From the NCBI GenBank assembly GCA_002371675.1, contig DFGE01000022.1, positions 35,263 to 99,262 of the forward strand: a stretch of DNA of 64,000 nucleotides. Direction: 5' to 3'. The first letter of the stretch is position 1. The number at the start of each line of letters is the position of its first letter. Made by a program: the position numbers and the translations under genes. This stretch comes from Clostridiales bacterium UBA3758. Its GTDB lineage: Bacteria > Bacillota > Clostridia > Oscillospirales > Oscillospiraceae. Below are positions 16,744-25,361 of the stretch, one piece after another. The notes under the pieces were generated by a model. It saw nothing but the letters and a program-made list of their open reading frames with translations. It was not told where the DNA came from and ran no database searches.

Positions 16744-19225
16744 ATTTCTAAAATCAAAAGTCGAGGTCGCACCGGTGAGCGGCTTTCCAGTCGCCCCGGA
16801 AGATCTTTCCCCTGTTCTGAAACCGCACCAGCGGGACGCGGTGCGCTGGGCCGTCGCCGGTGGACGCAGGGCGCTGTTTGAATCCTTCGGCCTCGGCAAA
16901 ACCCTCCAGGAGCTGGAATACTGCCGTCTGGTTCTTCGGCACGAGGGCGGCAAGGCGCTGATCGTGCTGCCGCTGGGCGTCCGCCAGGAGTTCAAGCGTG
17001 ACGCGGTGCAGCTGCTCGGTATAGAGGAGCCGCGATACATCACAAGCCCCCTTGATGCGTCAGAGGACGGAAAGATCTATCTGACCAACTATGAGCGCGT
17101 CCGGGACGGCGAGATCGACCCGAAGGGATTCACCGTCTGCGTGCTCGACGAAGCGGCGGTGCTCCGCTCCTTTGGCAGCAAAACCTATCAGACATTCCTC
17201 CCCAAGTTCAAGGGCGTCAAGTATAAGCTGGTTGCCACGGCCACGCCAGCCCCGAACCGGCTGAAAGAGCTGATCCACTATGCCGGATTCCTGGAGATCA
17301 TGGACACAGGGCAGGCGCTGACGCGCTTCTTCCAGCGAGACAGCACAAAGGCGAACAACCTGACCCTATACCCGCACAAGGAAGAGGAGTTCTGGCTCTG
17401 GGTATCGAGCTGGGCGCTGTTCATTTCAAAGCCCTCGGATCTCGGTTATGACGATGAAGGCTATGCCCTGCCGCCGATGGATGTACGCCCGCACATGATC
17501 TCCCGTGGCTATGAGGGGATCGCCGACAAGGGCGGGCAGTACAAGATGATGAACGACGCCGCGACCAGCCTGCAGGAGGCGGCCCGCGAGAAGAAAGAGA
17601 GCATCGGTTCCCGCTGCGCTCTGGCAAAGGAGATCGTGGACAGCGACCCGGACGCGCATTTCATCCTTTGGCATGACCGGGAAGAGGAACGCCATGAGCT
17701 GAAACGGCTGATTCCTGAGGCCGTGGATATCTACGGCACGATGGACTATGACGAACGAGAGCGCCGGGTGATCGACTTCTCCGAGGGCCGGACGCGGATC
17801 TTCGCCACGAAGAAAAGCCTCTCCGGCTGCGGCTGCAACTTCCAGCGGTATTGCCACCGGGCGATCTTCGTCGGGATCGACTACGAATTCCATGATTTCA
17901 TCCAGGCGGTGCACCGCATCTACCGTTTCCTGCAATCGGAACAGGTTATCATCGACATTCTTTACACCGAAGCCGAAGAGCCGATCTATCGGGCACTGAT
18001 GGAGAAGTGGAAGCAGCACAATGAGCAGCAGGAGCGGATGCGCGAGATCGTTCAAAAATATGGGCTTAACGAAGCGGCGCAGGCCGAGCGCATGGCCCGG
18101 AGTATAGGAGTTGAGACAGTGAGAGTTGACGGAAAACGCTTCACCGCCATTCATGGCGATTGCGTAGAGGAGACGGCCAAGATGGAGGAAAACAGCGTGG
18201 ACATGATCCTGACCTCCATTCCCTTCTCCAACCACTACGAATACACCCCCAGTTATAACGACTTCGGCCACAACGAGAACACGGCCCGTTTCTTCGAGCA
18301 GATGGATTTCCTCTCGCCGGAGCTGCTGCGGGTGCTGCGCCCCGGCCGGGTGTTCGCCTGCCATGTCAAGGATCGGGTTCTGTTCGGAAACGCCACCGGG
18401 ACAGGCATGCCGACCATGGAGCCGTTTCACGCACTGTGCATCGAGCACTACATGAAGCATGGCTTTCAGTACTTCGGCATGATCACCGTCGTGACCGACG
18501 TGGTGCGAGAGAACAACCAGACTTACCGACTTGGCTGGACGGAGCAGTGCAAGGACGGCACCAAGATGGGCGTCGGCTGCCCTGAGTACATTCTTTTGTT
18601 CCGAAAGCTCCCGACGGACACCTCCACCGCTTACGCCGATACGCCGGTCAAAAAGAGCAAAGAGGCCTACACCCGCGCTCAGTGGCAGATCGACGCGCAC
18701 GGCTTCTGGCGCAGCAGCGGCGACCGCCTCATGACCAAAGAAGAGATCGAGAACACGCCGGTCGACCGGCTGCAGGCCGTCTATCGGCAGTACAGCCGGG
18801 ACAGCGTTTACAGTTACGCCGAGCATGTCGAGATTGCAAAGAAACTGGACGCAGATGGCCATCTCCCGGCGACCTTCATGGTCGTGGCCCCCGGCTCCTG
18901 GAGCGAAGAGGTATGGGACGATGTAAACCGAATGCGGACGCTGAACACCACGCAGAGCCAGCGCCGCCAGCAGATGCACGTCTGCCCGCTGCAATTTGAC
19001 ATTGTGGACAGACTGATAAACCGTTACAGCAACGAGGGCGACCTGATCTTTGATCCATTCGGCGGGATCGGAACCACGCCGCTGCGGGCGCTCAAAGCAG
19101 GACGGCGGGGCCTTATGACCGAGCTGAACCCTGACTATTTCCGTGACGCGGTCGGGTACCTGGACGCCGAGGAAACGAAGATCGACACCCCGACGCTGTT
19201 TGACTACCTGGGGATCGACGCATGA
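16730..19225 (+). CDS. SNF2-type helicase fused to a beta-class N6A/N4C DNA methyltransferase
   Basis: 831 aa. The N-terminal half has helicase motifs (GLGKT, VLDEAA, helicase C region). The C-terminal half has MTase motif IV-like TSIPFS, then motif I FDPFGGIGTT. Confidence 0.8.
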   Translation: MTYLEFLKSKVEVAPVSGFPVAPEDLSPVLKPHQRDAVRWAVAGGRRALFESFGLGKTLQELEYCRLVLRHEGGKALIVLPLGVRQEFKRDAVQLLGIEEPRYITSPLDASEDGKIYLTNYERVRDGEIDPKGFTVCVLDEAAVLRSFGSKTYQTFLPKFKGVKYKLVATATPAPNRLKELIHYAGFLEIMDTGQALTRFFQRDSTKANNLTLYPHKEEEFWLWVSSWALFISKPSDLGYDDEGYALPPMDVRPHMISRGYEGIADKGGQYKMMNDAATSLQEAAREKKESIGSRCALAKEIVDSDPDAHFILWHDREEERHELKRLIPEAVDIYGTMDYDERERRVIDFSEGRTRIFATKKSLSGCGCNFQRYCHRAIFVGIDYEFHDFIQAVHRIYRFLQSEQVIIDILYTEAEEPIYRALMEKWKQHNEQQERMREIVQKYGLNEAAQAERMARSIGVETVRVDGKRFTAIHGDCVEETAKMEENSVDMILTSIPFSNHYEYTPSYNDFGHNENTARFFEQMDFLSPELLRVLRPGRVFACHVKDRVLFGNATGTGMPTMEPFHALCIEHYMKHGFQYFGMITVVTDVVRENNQTYRLGWTEQCKDGTKMGVGCPEYILLFRKLPTDTSTAYADTPVKKSKEAYTRAQWQIDAHGFWRSSGDRLMTKEEIENTPVDRLQAVYRQYSRDSVYSYAEHVEIAKKLDADGHLPATFMVVAPGSWSEEVWDDVNRMRTLNTTQSQRRQQMHVCPLQFDIVDRLINRYSNEGDLIFDPFGGIGTTPLRALKAGRRGLMTELNPDYFRDAVGYLDAEETKIDTPTLFDYLGIDA

Positions 19226-19235
19226 GGAGGTAATC

Positions 19236-19682
19236 ATGCTCAAAATCATGCCCTGCGATTTCCGAACAGCGCAAACCTTCGTGAAAGATCATCACCGGCA
19301 TAACAAGCCGCCGGTCGGCCACAAATTCTCTATTGCCTGTTTTGATGGAGATCGGCTTTGTGGCGTCGCCATGGTCGGGCGTCCAGTCGCCAGGTATCTG
19401 GATGATGGCCTTACCCTGGAGGTCAACCGATGCTGCACCGATGGAACAAGGAACGCCTGTTCGATGCTCTACGGTGCAGCTTGGAGGGCGGCAAAGGCCC
19501 TCGGTTATAAGCGCCTGTTCACCTATACCCGTCAATCGGAGAACGGCGCAAGTCTCCGGGCCTCGAACTGGATTTGCGACGGCCCAGCCGGAGGAACGCA
19601 TTGGACAGGCCTGCGATATGAGCAGTTGGAGATCGTATTGGATGAAAAGAAAATCAGATGGCATAAGGAGGTTGAAACATGA
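19236..19682 (+). CDS. XF1762-like protein with a GNAT-like core
   Basis: 148 aa from an internal ATG. RNACSMLYGAAWRAAKALGY...NGASLRASNW resembles GNAT motif A and the following strand/helix. The family name is from memory. Confidence 0.5.
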   Translation: MLKIMPCDFRTAQTFVKDHHRHNKPPVGHKFSIACFDGDRLCGVAMVGRPVARYLDDGLTLEVNRCCTDGTRNACSMLYGAAWRAAKALGYKRLFTYTRQSENGASLRASNWICDGPAGGTHWTGLRYEQLEIVLDEKKIRWHKEVET

Positions 19683-20383
19683 AACCAATATACGAGCCTC
19701 GAGGAAAGGCAAAAGAATATGGCGATTACGCTATCAACATCTACACCGGCTGCCCGCACCGCTGCTATTACTGCTTTGCGCCGGGCGTGCTGCATCGTCA
19801 GAAAGAGGAGTTTCACCTTGCAGTTTATCCTCGGAACGACATCGTAGCTGAGACGCGCAGGCAGCTTGAACGGGAGCCGATCACTGGGAAGCTCATTCAC
19901 CTTTGCTTCACCTGCGACCCCTACCCCACTGGTTATGACAGCACACCCACACGGGAGATCATTCAGCTTTTGAAGGACTACGGGAACCATGTCCAGATCC
20001 TCACCAAGGGTGACGGCAGCCGGGATTTTGATTTGCTGGATGAAAACGACTGGTACGGGATCACGATTACAGGACGCGCAAATGACGTCGAAACAGAGCC
20101 AGGTGCAATCCCGCCTCATAAGCGCCTTGCCATTCTGTGCAACGCCAAGATGCGAGGCCTAAACACTTGGGTAAGCCTTGAGCCAGTCATTGACGCCGAC
20201 GCGGTTCTACGTTTCATCGGAATGCATTATCCGATAATCGACAAGGTGAAAATCGGTAAACTCAACTATCACCAGTCCGAAATCAACTGGAGGGAGTTTG
20301 GGCTTGCAGCAGAGGCTATGTGCGAGGCATACAGGTTGGATTACTACATCAAGGACAGCCTGCGGGCGGAAATGGATCGATAG
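19679..20383 (+). CDS. radical SAM protein (SplB/COG1533-like N-terminus)
   Basis: 234 aa with a CxxxCxxC cluster motif (CPHRCYYC) at residues 25-32. ATGA overlap with the upstream gene. Confidence 0.7.
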   Translation: MKPIYEPRGKAKEYGDYAINIYTGCPHRCYYCFAPGVLHRQKEEFHLAVYPRNDIVAETRRQLEREPITGKLIHLCFTCDPYPTGYDSTPTREIIQLLKDYGNHVQILTKGDGSRDFDLLDENDWYGITITGRANDVETEPGAIPPHKRLAILCNAKMRGLNTWVSLEPVIDADAVLRFIGMHYPIIDKVKIGKLNYHQSEINWREFGLAAEAMCEAYRLDYYIKDSLRAEMDR

Positions 20384-20384
20384 G

Positions 20385-20909
20385 ATGAAATCTATACTTA
20401 TAAGCATCCGGCCAAAGTGGTGTGAGCTGATTGCATGCAGAAAGAAAACCATTGAAGTCCGCAAGACCCGCCCAAAACTGGAATCACCGTTTAAGTGCTA
20501 CATCTATGAGACAAAAGGCTTTGAGCGGGTCGGAAACGAAAATTTGTGTTGCACCATTGGCGGGAAGGGTCACGGAGCGATAATCGGCGAGTTTGTTTGT
20601 GATGCCATCTATGAAATCAAAAACGTAGGAAACGCATTCAAAGTAGGCAAAACCGAAGCTGAAACAAACAATGTGGCGTATGCTTCTTGTCTGGATTTCA
20701 CCGATATGCATGATTATCTCGGTCATAAAGGCGGGTACGGCTGGCACATTTCTGATCTGAAGATCTACGATCAGCCGAAGAAACTGAGCGAGTTTCTTAC
20801 ATTTGTTAAGTGCCACAGGGGAAACGACAGAGAAAACTGCTCTGGCTGTTGGGATTGCGAAATCAAGCGCCCGCCTCAGAGTTGGTGCTATGTGGAGGAC
20901 ATGAAATGA
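20385..20909 (+). CDS. ASCH (PUA-like) domain protein with a Cys-rich C-terminus
   Basis: 174 aa. The N-terminus MKSILISIRPKWCELIACRKKTIEVRK is typical of ASCH domains. GC is visibly lower than in neighbouring genes. Confidence 0.6.
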   Translation: MKSILISIRPKWCELIACRKKTIEVRKTRPKLESPFKCYIYETKGFERVGNENLCCTIGGKGHGAIIGEFVCDAIYEIKNVGNAFKVGKTEAETNNVAYASCLDFTDMHDYLGHKGGYGWHISDLKIYDQPKKLSEFLTFVKCHRGNDRENCSGCWDCEIKRPPQSWCYVEDMK

Positions 20910-21031
20910 AAACGATTCTTGAAGATATCTCGTTTGCCGTCGGTGGCTTCTTCCTTGTGCTTTATGTCTGCCTGGTGCTCCTGATCTGCAAGCTGCTGGG
21001 CGTCGATCTGGAGGATGATTTCTATGACTGA
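20906..21031 (+). CDS. small membrane protein (41 aa)
   Basis: ATGA overlap with the ASCH stop; one hydrophobic helix. Confidence 0.35.
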   Translation: MKTILEDISFAVGGFFLVLYVCLVLLICKLLGVDLEDDFYD

Positions 21032-21611
21032 GTGCATCAAGCGCGAGGCGGCAATCAAATGTTGTTCATTCGGAAGAACATCTCTTGGGCTGATAGACGA
21101 ATTAAGACGCATCCCCGCCGCCAATGTTGTAGAGATTCCTGCAACCGGGATCGGCGATCTGAGCGACGGCTACCACACCTTTAATGGCCTGTACCACCAG
21201 CGCATGATCCTGTTCGCCGCGATAGTGAAGCAGAACAAGGACAAGGCATGGAAGTCCTACCGTCACGAGGACGGAGAGCTGTGCTTCGGCGGCGGGTGGT
21301 TTATCGTCGGTATTGATACGCCCGAAGGTAGCTATACCTACCACTACGAGAACAAGGACTTTGACCTGTTCGATTGTGAGGAGTTGCCTGTTGCAAAGCA
21401 CTGGGACGGGCACACAGAGAAAGATGTGGCGCGGTTGCTATCTCTGCCCGCTACCAATGTGCGAAAAGTGGTTCTGTGTAGGGATTGCATGTACTCGCAG
21501 ACAGACGAGCGTGGGCTATGGTGTTTCAATGACTATGAGAACTGCCTAAGCGGAGATGATTTTTGTTCTCGCGGCAAAAGGCGAGACACCGACATGAGAG
21601 GAGGCGGCTGA
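21024..21611 (+). CDS. hypothetical phage protein
   Basis: 195 aa. ATG at 21024 has RBS ggagga at good spacing. Conserved-looking core (GWFIVGIDTPEGSYTYHY...HWDGHT) and a Cys-rich tail. Confidence 0.55.
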   Translation: MTECIKREAAIKCCSFGRTSLGLIDELRRIPAANVVEIPATGIGDLSDGYHTFNGLYHQRMILFAAIVKQNKDKAWKSYRHEDGELCFGGGWFIVGIDTPEGSYTYHYENKDFDLFDCEELPVAKHWDGHTEKDVARLLSLPATNVRKVVLCRDCMYSQTDERGLWCFNDYENCLSGDDFCSRGKRRDTDMRGGG

Positions 21612-21612
21612 T

Positions 21613-21858
21613 ATGGCAGCTACATGTAAAGCCTGCGGCGCTCCGATCATCTGGATCGAGACACCGAACAAGAAGTGGATTCCCTGCGACGAGGGCCTTG
21701 TTCCTTACAAGCAGGACAGCGCCGGGCCGGAGGCTGTTGTCACGCAGGGCGGTCAGGTGATCCGCTGTCGCTTCGATTATACCGGGTTCCCGACAGGCAT
21801 GGCGCGGGTTCCCCATTGGGCCACTTGCCCCGACGCTGACAAGCATCGGAAGAGATGA
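21613..21858 (+). CDS. hypothetical zinc-ribbon-like protein
   Basis: 81 aa with CKACG near the N-terminus. Confidence 0.5.
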   Translation: MAATCKACGAPIIWIETPNKKWIPCDEGLVPYKQDSAGPEAVVTQGGQVIRCRFDYTGFPTGMARVPHWATCPDADKHRKR

Positions 21859-22532
21859 TGAAGCGAAACTCGGAGGGTTACGCAGATCCGACAGTCTACC
21901 AAGCCATGCTGAACATCGATCAAAAAGAAAGGAATAAGAAGATGGCAATCCTGAAAGGCGATATTTACTATATCGAGAAATACCCGACCACGGGCAGCGA
22001 GCAGCAGGCCGCCCGGCCTGCAATCGTTGTTTCGAACAACAAGTGCAACGAGGTCAGCCCCGTTATTGAGGTCGTATATCTGACCTCGGCTCCGAAGCAC
22101 GATCTCCCCACACACGTCACCATCCGCAGTACCGGCAGGACAAGCATTGCCCTCTGCGAGCAGATCACCTCCGTCAGCATCGACCGGCTCGGGAACTACA
22201 TAGCCACCGTTGCCGACGATGAAATGATGAATCTCGAGGTGGCGCTAATGGTTTCTCTGGCGCTGTCCGCTCCCAAGGCGAAAACGATAACCAAAGAGGT
22301 TATCAAAGAAGATCCCGCAGCAGCTAAGGAGCTGGCCGACCTGAAAGACGAGCTCGCCTGTCTGAAAGCGGAGCTCAAAGCTGCTCTCAATGCAAAGAAG
22401 TCCGCCGAGGCCTTCGCAGACGAGCTTCGCGATCAGTGCGAAAAGGCGTCCATCGTGGATTCCGGCTACAAGCAGAAGTATCTCCTGCTCCTCGAGATGT
22501 ACAAGGAAGCGCTGGTGCAAAATGCCGTCTGA
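21855..22532 (+). CDS. MazF/PemK (EndoA-like) endoribonuclease toxin domain with N- and C-terminal extensions
   Basis: Core aligns by eye to B. subtilis EndoA (GDIYY..GSEQ..RPAIVV..LPTHV..CEQI..DRL..DDEMM..SLAL). It carries 29 extra N-terminal and about 88 extra coiled-coil C-terminal residues. Confidence 0.8.
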   Translation: MMKRNSEGYADPTVYQAMLNIDQKERNKKMAILKGDIYYIEKYPTTGSEQQAARPAIVVSNNKCNEVSPVIEVVYLTSAPKHDLPTHVTIRSTGRTSIALCEQITSVSIDRLGNYIATVADDEMMNLEVALMVSLALSAPKAKTITKEVIKEDPAAAKELADLKDELACLKAELKAALNAKKSAEAFADELRDQCEKASIVDSGYKQKYLLLLEMYKEALVQNAV

Positions 22533-22764
22533 GATCAGGAACCCGAGTCTCCCGCCCTGCCCGATCTGCGGGGCCGCTGCCGTTACCGTGCACATGTACA
22601 GCACCTATGACCGCGCTGATTTCGGCTGGCGCTGCGGCTGCCCCAGGTACAGCATCACGGACAAGCATCATCCTCCAGGCTGCAAGGTGCCGGAGGCGCA
22701 GGGCCTCACGAAAGAGGCTGCCGAGGAAAACTGGATCGAGAAAGTGAGGGTATGGAATGAGTAA
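22522..22764 (+). CDS. small zinc-ribbon protein (Lar-like?)
   Basis: 80 aa from an internal ATG with a CPICG motif. The Lar-family resemblance is weak. Confidence 0.4.
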   Translation: MPSEIRNPSLPPCPICGAAAVTVHMYSTYDRADFGWRCGCPRYSITDKHHPPGCKVPEAQGLTKEAAEENWIEKVRVWNE

Positions 22765-23074
22765 GTGCGGTGAAACCAACAAGAAGCACCTCTGCCATTG
22801 GTGCCGAATGATTACAGCCACCGGAGGGTGGAGTTTTTACGGCTGCACTCATGAGCCGTATCACGGCAAGTGGATCGCCGAGATCGAGAATTGCCCTCTG
22901 GAAGAATCCGAGCGCCCTCGGTACTGCGATTCGTGCAAGCACTTCATCGGTATGGGCGATTGGGGTTTGTGCTGCGATCTACCTCACCCGGAAGCCCCGT
23001 GCGGTTTCCTCTGCTACGATTACACGCCTGCTTGTGATAAATACGAGCCTAAGGAGGCGCATCATGACCCGTGA
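22757..23074 (+). CDS. Cys-rich hypothetical protein
   Basis: 105 aa with many Cys/His residues. Confidence 0.45.
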   Translation: MSKCGETNKKHLCHWCRMITATGGWSFYGCTHEPYHGKWIAEIENCPLEESERPRYCDSCKHFIGMGDWGLCCDLPHPEAPCGFLCYDYTPACDKYEPKEAHHDP

Positions 23075-23231
23075 AACTTTAATCCAAGACGTCCAGCGCA
23101 TGGAGGAAGCCTGCGAGCGCACCGTGAACCGCTGCGATATATGGCAGGATCGGATTATCTACTGGATGGCAGTCGCCGTGCTCCATCTGCTGCAGGCGGA
23201 AATCAAAAGAAACGATACTCCAAGGAGGTAA
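23064..23231 (+). CDS. hypothetical protein (55 aa)
   Basis: Internal ATG with RBS aaggagg. Confidence 0.4.
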   Translation: MTRETLIQDVQRMEEACERTVNRCDIWQDRIIYWMAVAVLHLLQAEIKRNDTPRR

Positions 23232-23238
23232 TCAAGTA

Positions 23239-23466
23239 ATGAGCGGTTGTGTTAATAGATACTGCGAAATCTACCGGGACAAGAAGTATTGCGCAAAGGC
23301 GAAAGAAAAAGATGCCTACGGCTCCTGTGATTGCCGTCACGCAAAATACGCCTGCGAAGTCGGAGAACGTTGCATTTTCGAAGAAATGTGCAGTAGCAAA
23401 GATATTCCGAAGATCAATGCACGGATTGATCAGGCGCTTCGAAAGATGGTGCAATCTCATGACTGA
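23239..23466 (+). CDS. Cys-rich hypothetical protein
   Basis: 75 aa, lower-GC segment, several Cys residues. Confidence 0.45.
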   Translation: MSGCVNRYCEIYRDKKYCAKAKEKDAYGSCDCRHAKYACEVGERCIFEEMCSSKDIPKINARIDQALRKMVQSHD

Positions 23467-23629
23467 AAAGGACAAGGAAATGCAGGAGCTGCGCCGCGAA
23501 AATGCGCGGCTCCTCAAAGAAAACAAGCGTCTGGAAGCACAGCATCAGGCGGATATGGCCGAGCTTGTCAGCGTCCGCCGCCGGTATGAGGTACAGATCA
23601 GGCGCATGGAGGACAGCCATGAGCAATGA
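23459..23629 (+). CDS. coiled-coil hypothetical protein (56 aa)
   Basis: Internal ATG overlapping the previous stop; heptad-like charged sequence. Confidence 0.35.
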   Translation: MTEKDKEMQELRRENARLLKENKRLEAQHQADMAELVSVRRRYEVQIRRMEDSHEQ

Positions 23630-23828
23630 CGATCTGAAAAAGGCCCTGCTCGGCGGTGCGCCGGTCGTTCATGGCGGCATTACTTATATGTGCGTGAGCG
23701 GTATCATCTACCGCGTCCGCGACGGAAAGATCGTCGTTTCTGTCGAACTGCTCGACCGATCCGGGCGAAGCGTCACGATTGCCCCGGCCTCGAAGGTTGA
23801 GTTCGCAGAATCAGGAGGTGGCTCATGA
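23619..23828 (+). CDS. hypothetical protein (69 aa)
   Basis: Internal ATG with RBS ggagga. Confidence 0.4.
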   Translation: MSNDDLKKALLGGAPVVHGGITYMCVSGIIYRVRDGKIVVSVELLDRSGRSVTIAPASKVEFAESGGGS

Positions 23829-24121
23829 CACGGAAACGTTTTATCAAGATGGTCATGTCAAAGGGATACAGCCGCAATTCGGCGGTGGAGCTCGCCAAGC
23901 TTGGCCAGACCTGGCCGGGCGGTTATGAGGCGCTGTATCACACCTACTTTTCCCTCTCCGGGTGGCTCGATCATTTTACAACCGTGATCCTCCCGAAAAC
24001 GATTGCTTCCATCTGCGACGCGCTGGCCTCTGGCGTTGGCGCTGTCGCCGAAGCTGCCACTTCGATAGCCGCAGGCTTTGCGGAAATCTCGCGGCAGTAC
24101 AGAGAGGAGATCAGGAAATGA
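23825..24121 (+). CDS. hypothetical protein
   Basis: 98 aa; start overlaps the previous stop. Confidence 0.45.
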   Translation: MTRKRFIKMVMSKGYSRNSAVELAKLGQTWPGGYEALYHTYFSLSGWLDHFTTVILPKTIASICDALASGVGAVAEAATSIAAGFAEISRQYREEIRK

Positions 24122-24276
24122 AGAACGGAAAGCGGCCCACCGTGGCACAGAAGAAGCTCATGAAACGCTGGGGCCTCAATCACGAGAACTGGCTTGTTGT
24201 GAAGAATGAGCCGACGCAGCTGATAATCGTTCACCGTCTCAGCGGTCAGCAAAGGAGGATTCCCCGTGAAGATTGA
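24118..24276 (+). CDS. small basic protein (DUF6906-like)
   Basis: 52 aa. MKNGKRPTVAQKKLMKRWGLNHENWLVVKN resembles a family common in Firmicutes mobile elements (from memory). Confidence 0.4.
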   Translation: MKNGKRPTVAQKKLMKRWGLNHENWLVVKNEPTQLIIVHRLSGQQRRIPRED

Positions 24277-24511
24277 GCACATGATCGGCAAGACGATCCT
24301 CGGCATATCCCGCGTTCACGATTTTCGGCTCAAAGGCTGGCGCGTCTATTGGGAGCCTGCCGATGGCGACCGGCCCACGCCGATGATCGCAGAGGACTAC
24401 AGCCTCAAAAAGATAATCCATGACCACCCGGAGCTGAAAGGCGCTCGCGTCTGCCGGGCGGAGGATTATTACGGAACTATCATTTTACGAGTGAAGGAGA
24501 AGCGAAAATGA
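24266..24511 (+). CDS. hypothetical protein
   Basis: 81 aa, GTG start with RBS aaaggagga. Confidence 0.45.
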   Translation: MKIEHMIGKTILGISRVHDFRLKGWRVYWEPADGDRPTPMIAEDYSLKKIIHDHPELKGARVCRAEDYYGTIILRVKEKRK

Positions 24512-24942
24512 GAATCTTCGAAGGAAAACCAAGCCTCATGGCCATGCTCGACGAACAGGCCATCCGCCCGACACGCGCCCACGAAGACGATGCTGGGCTT
24601 GACCTTTATTCCCCGGCTCCGTTTTGGATTCACCCCGGCGAGCATATCTGCATCGATACGGGCGTCCACGTTGCCATTCCTGCCGGTTTCGTCGGGCTGA
24701 TCACCAGTAAGTCCGGCCTCATGGCAAAGGGGATCACGAGCCGTGGCACCATCGACAGCGGCTATACCGGCAGCATTCGGGCCGTCCTGTATAACCACGG
24801 CCAAGAGGGATATCAGATCAAGCGTGGGGACAAAATCACGCAGCTTATCATTCTCCCCTGTGTGACGCCGATCATTGACGTGGTCGATGAACTCCCCGCC
24901 ACCTCGCGCGGAGAGCAGGGCTTCGGGAGCACAGGACGATGA
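24508..24942 (+). CDS. dut: dUTP diphosphatase
   Basis: 144 aa with trimeric dUTPase motifs (DAGLDLYS, GLITSKSG, IDSGYTG, RGEQGFGSTG). Confidence 0.9.
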   Translation: MRIFEGKPSLMAMLDEQAIRPTRAHEDDAGLDLYSPAPFWIHPGEHICIDTGVHVAIPAGFVGLITSKSGLMAKGITSRGTIDSGYTGSIRAVLYNHGQEGYQIKRGDKITQLIILPCVTPIIDVVDELPATSRGEQGFGSTGR

Positions 24943-25286
24943 TAGGCAGCCGCAATTTCTGTTTTCTCTGTGGCCGCAACGGTGCGGATGACCGCCTCGA
25001 GGAGCATCATGTATTCCCCGGTTCCCTCCGGGACAAATCCGAGCAATACGGCCTGACCGTCTATCTGTGCGGCGCTCGCTGCCACCGGCTCGGCCCTCAA
25101 TCTGCACACCGCTGCCGCGAAACGCAGCTCTATTTGAAGCGGATCGCGCAGGCTAAAGCCATGCGAGAAAACGGGTGGACGCCGGAAGACTGGCAGCGCG
25201 AATTCGGCAAAAGCTATGTCGAGTTTGACGCCGCAGGGAAACCTATCGTCGAGATTGGCCCTGTCGCTGCGTCAGAGCAGTTCTAA
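24939..25286 (+). CDS. HNH-like Cys/His protein
   Basis: 115 aa. CFLCG...EEHHVFPG...LCGARCH resembles an HNH/NinG-type zinc-finger nuclease motif. Last gene of the plus-strand operon. Confidence 0.45.
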   Translation: MIGSRNFCFLCGRNGADDRLEEHHVFPGSLRDKSEQYGLTVYLCGARCHRLGPQSAHRCRETQLYLKRIAQAKAMRENGWTPEDWQREFGKSYVEFDAAGKPIVEIGPVAASEQF

Positions 25287-25361
25287 CCGCCGTCCCGCTC
25301 GCCGGATGGGTAAACGCACCATTCGGGAAAGCAAGGCGCAGATAAAAGAATAGGCATAAAC

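Noticed and set aside
17426-19249. 607-aa minus-strand ORF opposite the helicase-MTase.
   Set aside because: Shadow ORF. The plus strand carries helicase and MTase motifs.
19679-20383. Radical SAM gene considered as QueE (7-deazaguanine pathway).
   Set aside because: No FolE/QueD/QueC/DpdA partners are present in the prophage, and the N-terminal motif context (NIYTGCPHRCYYC) looks SplB/COG1533-like rather than QueE-like.
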